A DNA stretch of 64,000 nucleotides from an uncultured virus (IMG/VR IMGVR_UViG_3300032266_000815) (IMGVR_UViG_3300032266_000815), one strand, 5' to 3'; positions 27,254 to 37,786 are shown, numbered from the stretch's first letter. Numbers and translations are program-made. Notes: generated from the sequence alone by a model not told the origin.

Positions 27254-28091
27254 AATTTAGTAATAATAATTCCTTTCTTTCTTGTTGCTCTTTCATATAA
27301 TCACCAACAGATCGCATAGTATAAGTTAAATCAAACTCATATGCTTTCCATTCTTTTCCGGAAAAACGATCCTTTACAAGTTGGTCTGAATTATAACTCA
27401 CCATCATATTCATATTTGTATCATTACAAACTTCGGCAAACTTATCGTGATCAAATTTTTTATGCATTTCGCCTTTTCTACCATATAGATTGTCCTTAAT
27501 ATCATAAGGTGGATCCAAGTAAACAAAGGCACCAGTATGATTATCAGAAACTAACTCTTCATAAGAAAGATTTGTAATTCTCCATTTTTCAATTATTTTT
27601 GAGTATTCTGGAAGAAGACCAATACTTCTTTCTGTAAAATTATTATCAGATGCTTGTGGGGAAAAACTTGATGCTTCAGTAAGACCACTAAAGGAGCACT
27701 TGTTTACAATATAAAAAGATATTGCACGATCAAAATGAAACTGAGAACTTGTTGATTTTTTATGAGTAAGATATTCTTTTGACTCAAGAAACACAACCTT
27801 TGCTCTATCTGGAGTATTATATTTCTTTTTTATATTAAGAAGATCTTCAGAAAGTCTTTCTCCATCACTTTGAAGAATTTTCCAAAAATTAACTAATGGT
27901 TCATAAAGATCATTTACCCAAATACTTAGATCTGGATAAAATTGAGTTACATCAAGAGCAACAGAACCTCCCCCAAGAAAAGGTTCACGAAATTCATCAT
28001 AATCTCTCAAATCAGGAAAATATTGCTGCATCTTGGAGATTGCTCTAGATTTTCCGCCAGGATAGCGTAAGGGAGTTTTTAATTTACTCAT
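27216..28091 (-). CDS. dam: DNA adenine methyltransferase (Dam/D12 class)
   Basis: LRYPGGKS, EPFLGGGS, YLDPPY. Confidence 0.92.
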   Translation of the reverse strand: MSKLKTPLRYPGGKSRAISKMQQYFPDLRDYDEFREPFLGGGSVALDVTQFYPDLSIWVNDLYEPLVNFWKILQSDGERLSEDLLNIKKKYNTPDRAKVVFLESKEYLTHKKSTSSQFHFDRAISFYIVNKCSFSGLTEASSFSPQASDNNFTERSIGLLPEYSKIIEKWRITNLSYEELVSDNHTGAFVYLDPPYDIKDNLYGRKGEMHKKFDHDKFAEVCNDTNMNMMVSYNSDQLVKDRFSGKEWKAYEFDLTYTMRSVGDYMKEQQERKELLLLNYDLRTEGLVEFN

Positions 28092-28287
28092 AATCGGGTT
28101 TATTATATTTTAGATACTCAAAAAAAGTTAGTTTCATTTCCTTATTGGTCATTCCACAATACCTTGCTGCTTGCGGAAGATTCCACTTAGCACGAAACAG
28201 ATTTTCATTTGCTTCCTGAACATTTTGTGGAGTAGTTTTAACACTACCCTCTTTAAGATCTTGATAATTTGGTGGTTTATTTATCAT
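28084..28287 (-). CDS. Hypothetical protein
   Basis: ORF track; coupled overlaps with both neighbours. Confidence 0.7.
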   Translation of the reverse strand: MINKPPNYQDLKEGSVKTTPQNVQEANENLFRAKWNLPQAARYCGMTNKEMKLTFFEYLKYNKPDYE

Positions 28288-29228
28288 TTAAACTTTACCT
28301 CTATCATGATTTCAGTTAAAGCAGCAAGGAGATTTATTTCTTGATCTGCTACAAAAGCCGATTGGTACTGATACTTCGCCACAACAAGTACACAAGCAGC
28401 GATACTGGGACCATCCAGATGTTCATATAAAGCATCATACACCATACGAAGAATACTACTGGCATCATTATCAAGATTGGCAACAACCCATTTACGAACT
28501 TCCGAAAAGTTCTTTTCTTTGAGATATTTAATGAGATCATTTACTTTAACGTCAGAGAAAGTAGCAAGAATGGCAGAATCAATACTACCAGATACAGAAT
28601 AACGTTGACATTCATTTAGGACTCTTCTCCAATCTGGAAAGTGCTTATTAATTAATTGAACGAGAACCTTATCATCTGCTTCAATTTTTTCTTGATCCAG
28701 GATAGTTTTAAGACGTTCAAAGAACTTTGCTGCGATTTTTGGTTTATCTTTTGACTTGATTCCAAAGTCCACAACGGCACAACGGGAATGAAGGGGTTCG
28801 ATGATTTTGTTTTTGTAGTTACAAGTGAAGATAAATCGACAGTTGTTATAAAACGTCTCAATATTTGCCCGTAGAAGGAGTTGTACATCGTTGGTTGTGT
28901 TATCACATTCGTCAATGATGATGACTTTATGTTTACCAGTTCCTTGAAGTGAAACGGTCGAAGCAAAGTTCTTTGCTTGGTTCCGTACCGTGTCCAAAAA
29001 TCGTCCCTCGTCAGATCCGTTGATAACATAAAAATCTACTCCCAGTTCATCACATAATGCTTTTGCTACTGTTGTCTTACCAATTCCAGGAGGACCAGCA
29101 AGTAGTAAATTTGGTATTTCTCCTTTATTTACAAAATCCTGAAATGTTTTCTTAATATTTTCAGGTAAAATACAATCTTCAATTTTCTTTGGGGCATATC
29201 GTTCTACCCACAAAAAATCACTTCTCAT
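28284..29228 (-). CDS. g44: Clamp loader AAA+ subunit (gp44)
   Basis: LWVERYAP, GPPGIGKTT, IIDECD, SRC. Confidence 0.96.
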   Translation of the reverse strand: MRSDFLWVERYAPKKIEDCILPENIKKTFQDFVNKGEIPNLLLAGPPGIGKTTVAKALCDELGVDFYVINGSDEGRFLDTVRNQAKNFASTVSLQGTGKHKVIIIDECDNTTNDVQLLLRANIETFYNNCRFIFTCNYKNKIIEPLHSRCAVVDFGIKSKDKPKIAAKFFERLKTILDQEKIEADDKVLVQLINKHFPDWRRVLNECQRYSVSGSIDSAILATFSDVKVNDLIKYLKEKNFSEVRKWVVANLDNDASSILRMVYDALYEHLDGPSIAACVLVVAKYQYQSAFVADQEINLLAALTEIMIEVKFK

Positions 29229-29386
29229 TTCCACTCACTCATAATACTCCAGTCTTTTCTAATATGAGAATAATTCAAATAGTCCCAAAAAATATTTTGA
29301 TAATCTTCAAAGTCCCATTCTTCATCATGACCATCAAATTTTATGAGGTCTTTCCATAACTGAAAACATATTCCAAAAAGTTTCAT
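29225..29386 (-). CDS. Small hypothetical protein (53 aa, MKLFGICFQLWKDLI...)
   Basis: Hand-translated; fills the gap, ATGA overlap with g44. Confidence 0.6.
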   Translation of the reverse strand: MKLFGICFQLWKDLIKFDGHDEEWDFEDYQNIFWDYLNYSHIRKDWSIMSEWK

Positions 29387-29388
29387 AA

Positions 29389-29916
29389 TCAAATCCAATC
29401 AGGTTTCCGTTCTGGACGACGAAGATAATTATCGCACACCCAGGGTTTAGATGCAATATACATCTTATAAGCAGTGAAGGTATCAATGCTATCATCAAGT
29501 TTATATTCATCAGGCATTGCCCGAGTGAATTCTTTTACATTAGTATGCTCAGAAATGGAAATCTTAGCATTGTTATGAAAGATTACTATTGCTTCTTCCA
29601 GAGTATTCAAACAAGAGTGCCGTTTCTGATACCGATGTTCGTACTCAAAGCATAAATGTATTCCGTGCGTAATCAACCAGGCAAGATTGTAGTGATTATC
29701 TGCAGACCATTTAGTGCAGGGATGATTACGAAAGGCACCCTTTACTGTATTGTAAGGAGTGCCGTCTGCTTTATTAATTGTGCCCCAATCATAGTACCAC
29801 TTAGAGTATATGATTGAGACCATTTGACAGGTCTCCAGGGGCATTTTCACGACGTGTTTATCAGGAAGTACTTGAGCAGACTTACTGGGAGACACATCAG
29901 TTACAAAGATGTTCAT
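29389..29916 (-). CDS. Pyrimidine dimer DNA glycosylase-like (DenV family)
   Basis: MNIF...DKHVVKMPLETCQM, NHPCTKW, EYEHRY, AMPDEY. Confidence 0.8.
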   Translation of the reverse strand: MNIFVTDVSPSKSAQVLPDKHVVKMPLETCQMVSIIYSKWYYDWGTINKADGTPYNTVKGAFRNHPCTKWSADNHYNLAWLITHGIHLCFEYEHRYQKRHSCLNTLEEAIVIFHNNAKISISEHTNVKEFTRAMPDEYKLDDSIDTFTAYKMYIASKPWVCDNYLRRPERKPDWI

Positions 29917-29932
29917 AATATAAGATCGAAGT

Positions 29933-30601
29933 TCAGTCAGTATAAACGGAATCCGGTTCCATAGGAATAAAATAATCTAAATTATACCTTTCATTCGTAA
30001 ATTGTGATATAAGTTTAGAAGAAATCACAACATCATAGGACGAAGGAATAATCTTAAGATTTTCTACCTTAAAGTTAAAAGTAAACTCTTGATTTGTTTC
30101 ACCAACTACAATTGAATACTCATTTGATGTATCATTCTTTTTGTCACGAACAACCAAACGAATAACACCTGCATCACCAATTACAGAAAGGTCTTCTAAC
30201 TGATAAACTGCTGCTGCTTTCTTGATTTTATCATATTGCGAATGTTCTAACTGAAAACATACATCCTTAGAAGGAAGTGAAATTTCTTTTTCTGGTGGAG
30301 AAACGATTACTTCAGAATCAGCAAAGAAATACTTAACACGACGTTTTCCTTCACGAATTACTACGTGACTATCATTTTCAAAATCAAGATCTGGGTCTTC
30401 ATGAAGTGAAAGACCATTTAAAAATTGATTAAGGTCATAAATTGCAAAATCTTTAGGAAATTCTTCTTCAACTTTTGCTTCAGCAAGAACTGTCTTCATC
30501 ACAGACATAGTGCGAAGTTTATTTCCTTTTCTTACAAGAATAGACTGATTGATGGAAGAAAAGTTCTTCAGAATAGCAAGAGTAGTATCAGAAAGTTTCA
30601 T
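29933..30601 (-). CDS. g45: Sliding clamp (gp45)
   Basis: MKLSDTTLAILKNFSSINQSI, FAIYDLNQFL. Confidence 0.95.
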   Translation of the reverse strand: MKLSDTTLAILKNFSSINQSILVRKGNKLRTMSVMKTVLAEAKVEEEFPKDFAIYDLNQFLNGLSLHEDPDLDFENDSHVVIREGKRRVKYFFADSEVIVSPPEKEISLPSKDVCFQLEHSQYDKIKKAAAVYQLEDLSVIGDAGVIRLVVRDKKNDTSNEYSIVVGETNQEFTFNFKVENLKIIPSSYDVVISSKLISQFTNERYNLDYFIPMEPDSVYTD

Positions 30602-31256
30602 TGTTGTTCTTAGTTTGATTATTAAAACCAGCAAAGTGGTATAGAAGAACACCATAATGGATAATCTTCAGTGCGTCAAGTCTAGACATTCCATCCTTTT
30701 TACCAAAACGGGAAGAATACTTAATAAGATTATCACGACAGAAAGGAACACCATCACCAATTGCATCAATCATATCGAGCACCTGAACCTTAGACTTTTC
30801 AGATGCATAGTGTGCATTATATGTACTTACAATATAATCATTCACTGCCTTTAGAGTTTCACCTTCACCGAACTTCCAAAAGTGTTCTTGATTTGATTTT
30901 TGTGAAGTATTCAAATTAACATCCTGTGTTTTTTTATTCAAATTAAATGACTGAGAACTAATAGTTGTACTGTGATTATTTCCAAATGATACTGCAGCTG
31001 CGGGTGCCCCGAAATTAAAAACATCTGGAGAGGCATATGGATTTCCAGTCAAACTAAACCCATCATCTTCCCAATATTCTTGATCTCTCATTCCACCAAA
31101 AACTCTACTTCCAGTTATTGCATTTCCAAACAAAATTGTATCATTTTTAGTGGAATATTTATCATCTTTACCATCAACACCTAACCAATACCCATCAGGA
31201 AGAAGACTTTCATAATCAGTTTCAAAATTTTCTTTTTTATCGGGAATTTCGGACAT
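30588..31256 (-). CDS. Hypothetical protein with conserved C-terminal domain (DUF3310-like)
   Basis: YNAHY...FCRDNLIKYSSRFGKKDG...KIIHY. Confidence 0.65.
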   Translation of the reverse strand: MSEIPDKKENFETDYESLLPDGYWLGVDGKDDKYSTKNDTILFGNAITGSRVFGGMRDQEYWEDDGFSLTGNPYASPDVFNFGAPAAAVSFGNNHSTTISSQSFNLNKKTQDVNLNTSQKSNQEHFWKFGEGETLKAVNDYIVSTYNAHYASEKSKVQVLDMIDAIGDGVPFCRDNLIKYSSRFGKKDGMSRLDALKIIHYGVLLYHFAGFNNQTKNNNETF

Positions 31257-31306
31257 AATTTTTTCAAAGTTTACTTTTTTTAGTCTAACAAAGATGAGGA
31301 AAAAAG

Positions 31307-33022
31307 TCAAGTTATCATCTTAGAAAATCCTTTAGTTTTTTCAAATCGAATAACTTTATCAAACTTATCAATTAATTCATCTGTCTTATGTGAAATCACA
31401 AATACATTAGCATCTTTAATGACATATTTGATAATTTTAGTAAAATAATCTGTTCCCATATTATCAAGAGAACTATCAAATACCTCATCTAAAATCAATA
31501 AGTTTGTATTGATTGAATTTTTCATTCTTGCAATTTCTCTCCAGGTAAAAAGAATTGCGAGATTAATTCTCATCTTTTCACCTTCACTAAAACTTTCATA
31601 TGTAAAATCTTCATGAATAGGAGATTTTATATTCTCTTTAAACTCTTCATCAAGTGTAAAGTTAATATAAAAATCCATCATTTGCAGATACTTATTAATC
31701 TGTTGGTTCATTAATGGGAGATACTTTTGAATAATTTTAGTTTTTACTCCTCCATCTTTCATTAAAACTTGAGCAAAATCAAAATAACTAACAGTTTCTT
31801 TATATTTTGATTTCTTTTTAAAATTATCGTTTTGTTGTTTTTTGAGTTTTTCTAACTTTTCGTGTTCAGTATTTCGATTTTCAAGTTGTTCGGTAATTGT
31901 TTGAATTTCATATTCAAGTTCCTGAATTTGCTTTTGATTGAATGAAATTCGAGTATTGTTTTGAGAAATCTCATAGTTGAGTTTTGTAATTTCTTTAGAA
32001 AGTATAATAAATCGACGTTCTCTTTCTTCTTCTTCTTTAATTGTATTTTCAAGTTCTTGAAATCCCTGTTGGAGTTCTTTTGCTTTATTTTGAGCATCAG
32101 CAATTCTATTTACACGAAACTCTTCATCAATTGTTTGAGTACAAGTTGGGCAAACCGTATTCTCACTAAAAAACTTATGTTCTTGAGTAATTGTAGATAC
32201 TTTTTCAGAAATTTTTCCTTTTAGATTACCAAGTTTTTTGAGTTTATCAGTAGCACCAACAACCTCTTCTTGTTCATTAGTAAATTTTAATATACTTTCA
32301 TCAAGTGTAGTATTTTCAGAAATATAGTTGCCATTTTCATTCATTAAGTTTGTAATTTTTTTCTTATTGACATCTATTTTAGTATTTCCTCTTTTCTCCA
32401 ACTCTTCAATAAATTCTTGTTGCATTAAAATCTTTTCTTCAATTGATTTTTCAAATAGAATAAACTCCTTAATCTTTTCATTAAAACTTCTTATCTTTTC
32501 TTTAAGAATTGAATTCATCGCAGAAAAGATTTTAATGTCCAACAAATCCTCAACAACTTCACGGCGATGTGCTGTCGAAAGTTGCATAAAGGGAACAAAA
32601 GAAGCACTACCAAGAATAACAATCTGAGTAAATGATTTATAGTTAAGTTTCAGTATTGTATCTTCTAATTGTTTCTGTTGATCTACTGTTGCTGCGGCTT
32701 GATTTTGTATTTCTCCATTTATCCAAATTTCAAAAATATTTGGTTTAATTCCTCTAATTACTTTATATTCTTTATTTCCAACACTAAACTCAACTTCTAC
32801 TAAACAATCTTTTTCATTTGTAGAATTGACTAATTGTGATTTATTAATTTTACGAAATGCTTTATTGAATAAAGCAAAACACAAAGCATCAAGCATCGTA
32901 CTTTTGCCGGAACCATTATGTCCAATAATTAAAGTAGTTATTTCTCCCGTAAGATTAATTTCAGTGGGAGTATTACCTGACGATAAAAAATTACGATAGG
33001 CTATTCGTTTGAATAAAATCAT
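31307..33022 (-). CDS. g46: Recombination endonuclease ATPase subunit (gp46, Rad50-like)
   Basis: GHNGSGKS, CPTC hook, FSEGE, LILDE. Confidence 0.97.
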   Translation of the reverse strand: MILFKRIAYRNFLSSGNTPTEINLTGEITTLIIGHNGSGKSTMLDALCFALFNKAFRKINKSQLVNSTNEKDCLVEVEFSVGNKEYKVIRGIKPNIFEIWINGEIQNQAAATVDQQKQLEDTILKLNYKSFTQIVILGSASFVPFMQLSTAHRREVVEDLLDIKIFSAMNSILKEKIRSFNEKIKEFILFEKSIEEKILMQQEFIEELEKRGNTKIDVNKKKITNLMNENGNYISENTTLDESILKFTNEQEEVVGATDKLKKLGNLKGKISEKVSTITQEHKFFSENTVCPTCTQTIDEEFRVNRIADAQNKAKELQQGFQELENTIKEEEERERRFIILSKEITKLNYEISQNNTRISFNQKQIQELEYEIQTITEQLENRNTEHEKLEKLKKQQNDNFKKKSKYKETVSYFDFAQVLMKDGGVKTKIIQKYLPLMNQQINKYLQMMDFYINFTLDEEFKENIKSPIHEDFTYESFSEGEKMRINLAILFTWREIARMKNSINTNLLILDEVFDSSLDNMGTDYFTKIIKYVIKDANVFVISHKTDELIDKFDKVIRFEKTKGFSKMIT

Positions 33023-33278
33023 TTTGTCTTGGGGGTATTACAAATTCATCTGAATTGATTATAACATAATGATATCCATACATCTCACAGGTACGTATTG
33101 CGATTTCGTCCTCTACTTCAACCACTGACATTCTAGGATAATCTTCTGCTTCTAGCAACCCAGCATAACGTTTAGCATCATCTTCCTCTTCAAAAAGATA
33201 TAATGCCTTTTCGCCATCATTGTCTGTTACGGAATAAACACCTTCTTCTTCTTTTCCTTTGATTGCTAGTATATACAT
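32991..33278 (-). CDS. Conserved hypothetical protein
   Basis: ORF between g47 and g46. Confidence 0.75.
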   Translation of the reverse strand: MYILAIKGKEEEGVYSVTDNDGEKALYLFEEEDDAKRYAGLLEAEDYPRMSVVEVEDEIAIRTCEMYGYHYVIINSDEFVIPPRQNDFIQTNSLS

Positions 33279-34321
33279 TATTCTAATTCTAATGCTTCTT
33301 TATAGACATCTCGAAGTAGTTTTTTAATCATCACCTTATTCAAATCAAACTCTGCTTCTTCTACATATTTATCCAAAATGGATAATGTATCTTCTGCTGA
33401 TATTTCTTCGCAATTTACTTCTCCATCATTTATATCAATAATCTCAACAACTTTCAAATCAAGTGGATTTGCTTTTAGAATTTTATCAATAAACTTATCA
33501 AACTTTAATTGGTCTGATTTTTGACGAACAACCACTTTTACTATTTTTTCTTCAAGATATGAAGTATTAAACTTTTTATAATCAGTATCTTCATAATATA
33601 TCCGTTCAAACATATTATAAGGATTTTTGAAATGTTCTAATTCGTATGTATCAGTATCAAAAATATGAAAACCTCTTACATCATCTACATCATTCCAAAA
33701 CATTTGATATGGATTTCCAAGATAATGAATTCTACCATCATCACTTTTGGTATGATAGTGCCCAGAATACACTTTATCAAATTTTTTGAACACACTTGCA
33801 TCCATTCCTTCTGCTTGAATGTGTCCAGGATAAGCAGCAAATCCAGCCAGTTCTAAATGCCCAAATACAACTTTTGCTTCTGTATTTTTCAATAGTTCAT
33901 CTGTTTTCCCTCGATTGTCTGTACAAATCCAAGGAAGCATCAAAGTATCCAATCCATCAATACAAAATTCTTTTGGACTTGAAATAGGTATTACATTTTC
34001 ATATTCTTGTAGTAATAAATCAATCGCATTTACATCATTAGTGTTTTTATGATAAGCATCATGATTTCCTACAATGTTATAAACAAGAATACCAAGTTCC
34101 CGAAAACGATTGTATACGTTCTTCTGTGCCCATTCTAGTGCCCAATAGTCCACACCCTTACGATTATCAAATGCATCACCAAGATGCACTACTGTCTTGA
34201 TATTTCGTTCTTCTAGTTTAGGAAAAAAAATATCATTATAAAACTTCGCAAAATAATCATGAAATGATTTATTTGCTTTCTTGAAGTTATAATGAGTATC
34301 TGTAATCAATCCAAGTTTCAT
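33278..34321 (-). CDS. g47: Recombination endonuclease nuclease subunit (gp47, Mre11-like)
   Basis: TDTH, LGDAFD, GNHD, GHYH. Confidence 0.96.
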   Translation of the reverse strand: MKLGLITDTHYNFKKANKSFHDYFAKFYNDIFFPKLEERNIKTVVHLGDAFDNRKGVDYWALEWAQKNVYNRFRELGILVYNIVGNHDAYHKNTNDVNAIDLLLQEYENVIPISSPKEFCIDGLDTLMLPWICTDNRGKTDELLKNTEAKVVFGHLELAGFAAYPGHIQAEGMDASVFKKFDKVYSGHYHTKSDDGRIHYLGNPYQMFWNDVDDVRGFHIFDTDTYELEHFKNPYNMFERIYYEDTDYKKFNTSYLEEKIVKVVVRQKSDQLKFDKFIDKILKANPLDLKVVEIIDINDGEVNCEEISAEDTLSILDKYVEEAEFDLNKVMIKKLLRDVYKEALELE

Positions 34322-34827
34322 TGGTGAAGTTTGATTTGTACGTTGTCCTTAATTGTATTGTAATCCGAATTAATTCCACCTTCATCTGAAGTAAATACTT
34401 CTTCAAATCCACTGCGTTCAATAATTTTTTCTTTGATCTCCATTTGTCTCTTTTCTTTTTGTATTCTACGAAGAAAAGCATAATAAACAATTTGTGTAAA
34501 ATAAGCAAATGGATTAGTACGTTCTATATCAAATCTATGAATATATTGAACACAATTCTCAATACCGTCAGAAATCATGTCTTCACGAAACATATAATTC
34601 ACAAAGTTTGGACGATATGATAAGTGAGTAGCAATCTTTAAAAAACATTCTCCCAAGTAATTTGGTATTTTTGGTTTTCCTTCCCAAAATCCATTTTCTG
34701 GAGGATAAACATCGTATTTCTCAAAGTAGATGTCTCTCGAAGCATCAATTCTCATATTATATGCAACTAATGCATCATGAAAATCTTTATTATTTACATA
34801 ATGTGGATTTTTCTTTACCTTATTCAT
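34318..34827 (-). CDS. g55: Late-transcription sigma factor (gp55)
   Basis: HYVNNKDF, NFVNYMFREDMISDGIENC, NPFAYFTQI, AFLRRIQKEK. Confidence 0.96.
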   Translation of the reverse strand: MNKVKKNPHYVNNKDFHDALVAYNMRIDASRDIYFEKYDVYPPENGFWEGKPKIPNYLGECFLKIATHLSYRPNFVNYMFREDMISDGIENCVQYIHRFDIERTNPFAYFTQIVYYAFLRRIQKEKRQMEIKEKIIERSGFEEVFTSDEGGINSDYNTIKDNVQIKLHQ

Positions 34828-34872
34828 TTTTTAAATTTGATTTGTTCTTATTATATCATAACAATCAAGTGC

Positions 34873-34918
34873 TTGACAACCTTTTGAAAACACACTAAAA
34901 TAACTCTGTGGGTTTTGA
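34873..34918 (+). promoter_or_regulatory. Plus-strand (antisense) sigma70 promoter with repeated 25-bp motif
   Basis: TTGACA (34873-34878)-N17-TAAAAT (34896-34901); 34894-34918 equals the reverse complement of 4908-4932. Confidence 0.7.
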
Positions 34919-34927
34919 AGAATGAAC

Positions 34928-35323
34928 TTATCTATTAGATTTATAAAGCTTTTCTAAAGATATTCTGGCATCAGCAATAGATGACACATATCCCATATTT
35001 GGACTTAACTCTGATTTATTTGATACTCTGTTTCTTTCTTTGACATACTTATTGTAAATTTTAATAATAGATTTATCATTTACTTCTGTCATCGTAATTA
35101 CTTTATTCATATCTACGATAAACATCGTATCATCAGTAAGCTTCATCCAAGGAACTACTTTAAGTGCTGTCATTTTTAATTGACGCATAGTAACTGTTTC
35201 CATTGTAACTGGATTATCAAGTATTAAAACAATTCTATCTTTTTCTTCACAAGGACATACTTTGGAAAATACTTCTTCACCAGATACCATCTTAATTGTT
35301 GCGTAAAAATCTTCTTCGTACAT
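34928..35323 (-). CDS. Conserved hypothetical protein
   Basis: FYATIKMVSGEEVF...PWMK; between uvsW and g55. Confidence 0.75.
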   Translation of the reverse strand: MYEEDFYATIKMVSGEEVFSKVCPCEEKDRIVLILDNPVTMETVTMRQLKMTALKVVPWMKLTDDTMFIVDMNKVITMTEVNDKSIIKIYNKYVKERNRVSNKSELSPNMGYVSSIADARISLEKLYKSNR

Positions 35324-36792
35324 TATTTCTTTTCCTTGAAATCTATTTGTATAATCTCATAATTAAACTTTTCCTCATTATAAATTTTAATTCTCTCAAT
35401 AAGGTGATTGAGGGTGTAATTTTTTCTTGATTTATAAGTTATATCGTCAGCAATATCATATAATACTGCTTGTGTTTTGTTATTTCCTTTACGAAGAACT
35501 CTTCCAATACTCTGAAGATTTCTTACTCTTGATTTTGATGGAGAAGCAAAAATTACATTGTGTAGATTTTTAATGTTAATTCCAGTAGAGAATGTACCAT
35601 ATGATGCAACAATAATTGCATTATCTTCTTTTTCAGTAATTGCTCGTACTCTTTCTCTTTCTTCTACATCTACTCCGCCATAGACAAAAAATATTTTTCT
35701 ATCTTTTGACGCTGAACTATTTATAAGTTCGTAAAGTGGTTGTCCGTGACTTTCTACTCGATTGAAAAGAACTAAACTATTACCTTTTAAATCTAAAACA
35801 AGATTTTTGATAAAGTTATTTCTTTTTTCATGAGTAATCAAATATTGTATTTCTTCTTCATATTCATTGAATTTATGTTCATCATGCTTTAAAAGAAGAA
35901 CTTTAATGTCTAGTTTTGATAAATGACCCTTTTCAATTAAATCTTTTGTTTGAGTGACTTTATAAGAAGGACCGAATAATCCCTCAAGCACCCATTTGTG
36001 CGTTTGTGACCCGTCTAATGTGCCTGTAAAACCATAACGATACTTTGTATTGTCTAACTTCGTCATAATGCCTACAAGCGATTTTGACTTGAATTGGTGT
36101 GCTTCGTCACCAATGACTACATCGAAATCTTCAAAGAATTTTCTATTCAAATTATAGATCGATTGCCAAGTCGTAATGATTACATTTTTGTCCGTAGTTT
36201 TTTCTTTTCCTGAATAAATTTTATGACAATAATCTTCGGCATTCCAACTATAATCCTCAAAGTCCTTATACATCTGTTCTACAAGAGATGTGGTAGGAAC
36301 TACAAGAAGTATTTTTTTATCTCTTTCAGTAAAATATCTTACAATTGAATAAATCATTAAAGATTTACCAGAAGCAGTTGGAGACACTAATAACTTACGA
36401 TTATATTTTAAAGCATCATAAACAGCATTGATTTGATAATCTCTTGGTTCGTGTCTAGAGATACTTTTCATATAATCCGTGACACCTTCATGAGAAATCA
36501 TCTCATTTTCTTCAAATGGATCTCCATAAAACTTATTATACTTAAACTCAATATTATATTCAGCCTTTTTTGCCCATGATACTATTTTATCTAAAAGTCC
36601 AACATATATCTCACCATTGTGATTAGAATACAAACGTATCTTACCATCCCAATGTTTACTTCGATATTGAGGCATAAACTTTGCCCCTGGAACCTCAAAA
36701 GTAAAATATTCAGACAATTCCTGATGTATATGTGGTTCTGCTTCAATCTTTAAGTATATTTCGTTTTTCTTTTGTATAATTATATCAGTCAT
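35323..36792 (-). CDS. uvsW: SF2 helicase UvsW
   Basis: PTASGKS, DEAH, TGT, QSIGRVLR. Confidence 0.96.
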   Translation of the reverse strand: MTDIIIQKKNEIYLKIEAEPHIHQELSEYFTFEVPGAKFMPQYRSKHWDGKIRLYSNHNGEIYVGLLDKIVSWAKKAEYNIEFKYNKFYGDPFEENEMISHEGVTDYMKSISRHEPRDYQINAVYDALKYNRKLLVSPTASGKSLMIYSIVRYFTERDKKILLVVPTTSLVEQMYKDFEDYSWNAEDYCHKIYSGKEKTTDKNVIITTWQSIYNLNRKFFEDFDVVIGDEAHQFKSKSLVGIMTKLDNTKYRYGFTGTLDGSQTHKWVLEGLFGPSYKVTQTKDLIEKGHLSKLDIKVLLLKHDEHKFNEYEEEIQYLITHEKRNNFIKNLVLDLKGNSLVLFNRVESHGQPLYELINSSASKDRKIFFVYGGVDVEERERVRAITEKEDNAIIVASYGTFSTGINIKNLHNVIFASPSKSRVRNLQSIGRVLRKGNNKTQAVLYDIADDITYKSRKNYTLNHLIERIKIYNEEKFNYEIIQIDFKEKK

Positions 36793-37213
36793 ATCCTGCC
36801 GTAAATTTAAGGAACTCTATGGAGTTTTTAATTTGATAAGTTCTATTTACTATTGTTTTAAGAATACTATCCAAATAGCTTAACATTGTCTGATAGTAGT
36901 CCATCTTAGATATGGATTTAAGAATTTCTTCATCTGCATCCATATACTTATCTATATCCTGTCTTAAAACTTTATAATCAAATGGATGTTCTTTATAAAC
37001 TTCTGGTTCCGATTTTCCAGAAAAATACATCCATTTGTCTTTTTTGAGTACTTTAAATTTATTTTCTTCTAATTTTTTTAAAAGAAGAATATTATTGTAA
37101 ATCTTATAATATTTTGAGTGAAGTGAAGGAATTTTAATAGATTCTGTATGAAGATTGTCAGGATCTATTTTCGAATCCTCTTCCCATAATGATTGTATTT
37201 CATCAAGATTCAT
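36785..37213 (-). CDS. uvsY: Recombination mediator UvsY
   Basis: WEEDSKID, LHSKYY, RTYQIKNSIEF; synteny. Confidence 0.9.
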   Translation of the reverse strand: MNLDEIQSLWEEDSKIDPDNLHTESIKIPSLHSKYYKIYNNILLLKKLEENKFKVLKKDKWMYFSGKSEPEVYKEHPFDYKVLRQDIDKYMDADEEILKSISKMDYYQTMLSYLDSILKTIVNRTYQIKNSIEFLKFTAGYD

Positions 37214-37215
37214 AA

Positions 37216-37764
37216 CTATAAAACGATTATATCATATATAGAATACTTAAAAGTGACCTCTGCGACTACATAATTAATATCTGTCGATTTTGCATCAAAT
37301 TTGATTGTAGATAAACTAGTAGGAAATAAACCTTTAAAATGAACATCGACAATTGGATTGAAATTGCTATTATAAATTGTCAACGTACCATCAGAGTATT
37401 CATTGAATGAATTTTTGGAAGATGTATTTGGAAAATATTCATCATTTGCTTTTAGGTCTATAAATTCTTGAATGCTGTTTGGATAACCAAGACCTCTTAA
37501 CCAATTATGAACTTGAAGATAATTTTCTAAATTTTCATCTACAAAAAACTCTAAAGAAAAATCATCATAAGTTAATTTATCACCAGGAATAGGAATATCT
37601 TTGAGATATGTTGGTTGTATCGCAACTCCAAGATTAATTCCAGGTATTTCTGCAGAGTTGGAAAAAAAATCAACTTTTGGTGTTTTTGTAATCGAAAACT
37701 TAAATCCAACAGGAGATAAGTAATTTCGATTTGATATTTGCTTTGCCCAAGGTGATTGTGTCAT
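37216..37764 (-). CDS. g3: Tail completion / tube terminator (gp3)
   Basis: NYLSPVGFKF, PGDKLTY, FVDENLENY, FPTSLS. Confidence 0.88.
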   Translation of the reverse strand: MTQSPWAKQISNRNYLSPVGFKFSITKTPKVDFFSNSAEIPGINLGVAIQPTYLKDIPIPGDKLTYDDFSLEFFVDENLENYLQVHNWLRGLGYPNSIQEFIDLKANDEYFPNTSSKNSFNEYSDGTLTIYNSNFNPIVDVHFKGLFPTSLSTIKFDAKSTDINYVVAEVTFKYSIYDIIVL

Positions 37765-37786
37765 TTTTATTATTATTTATTTTCAT

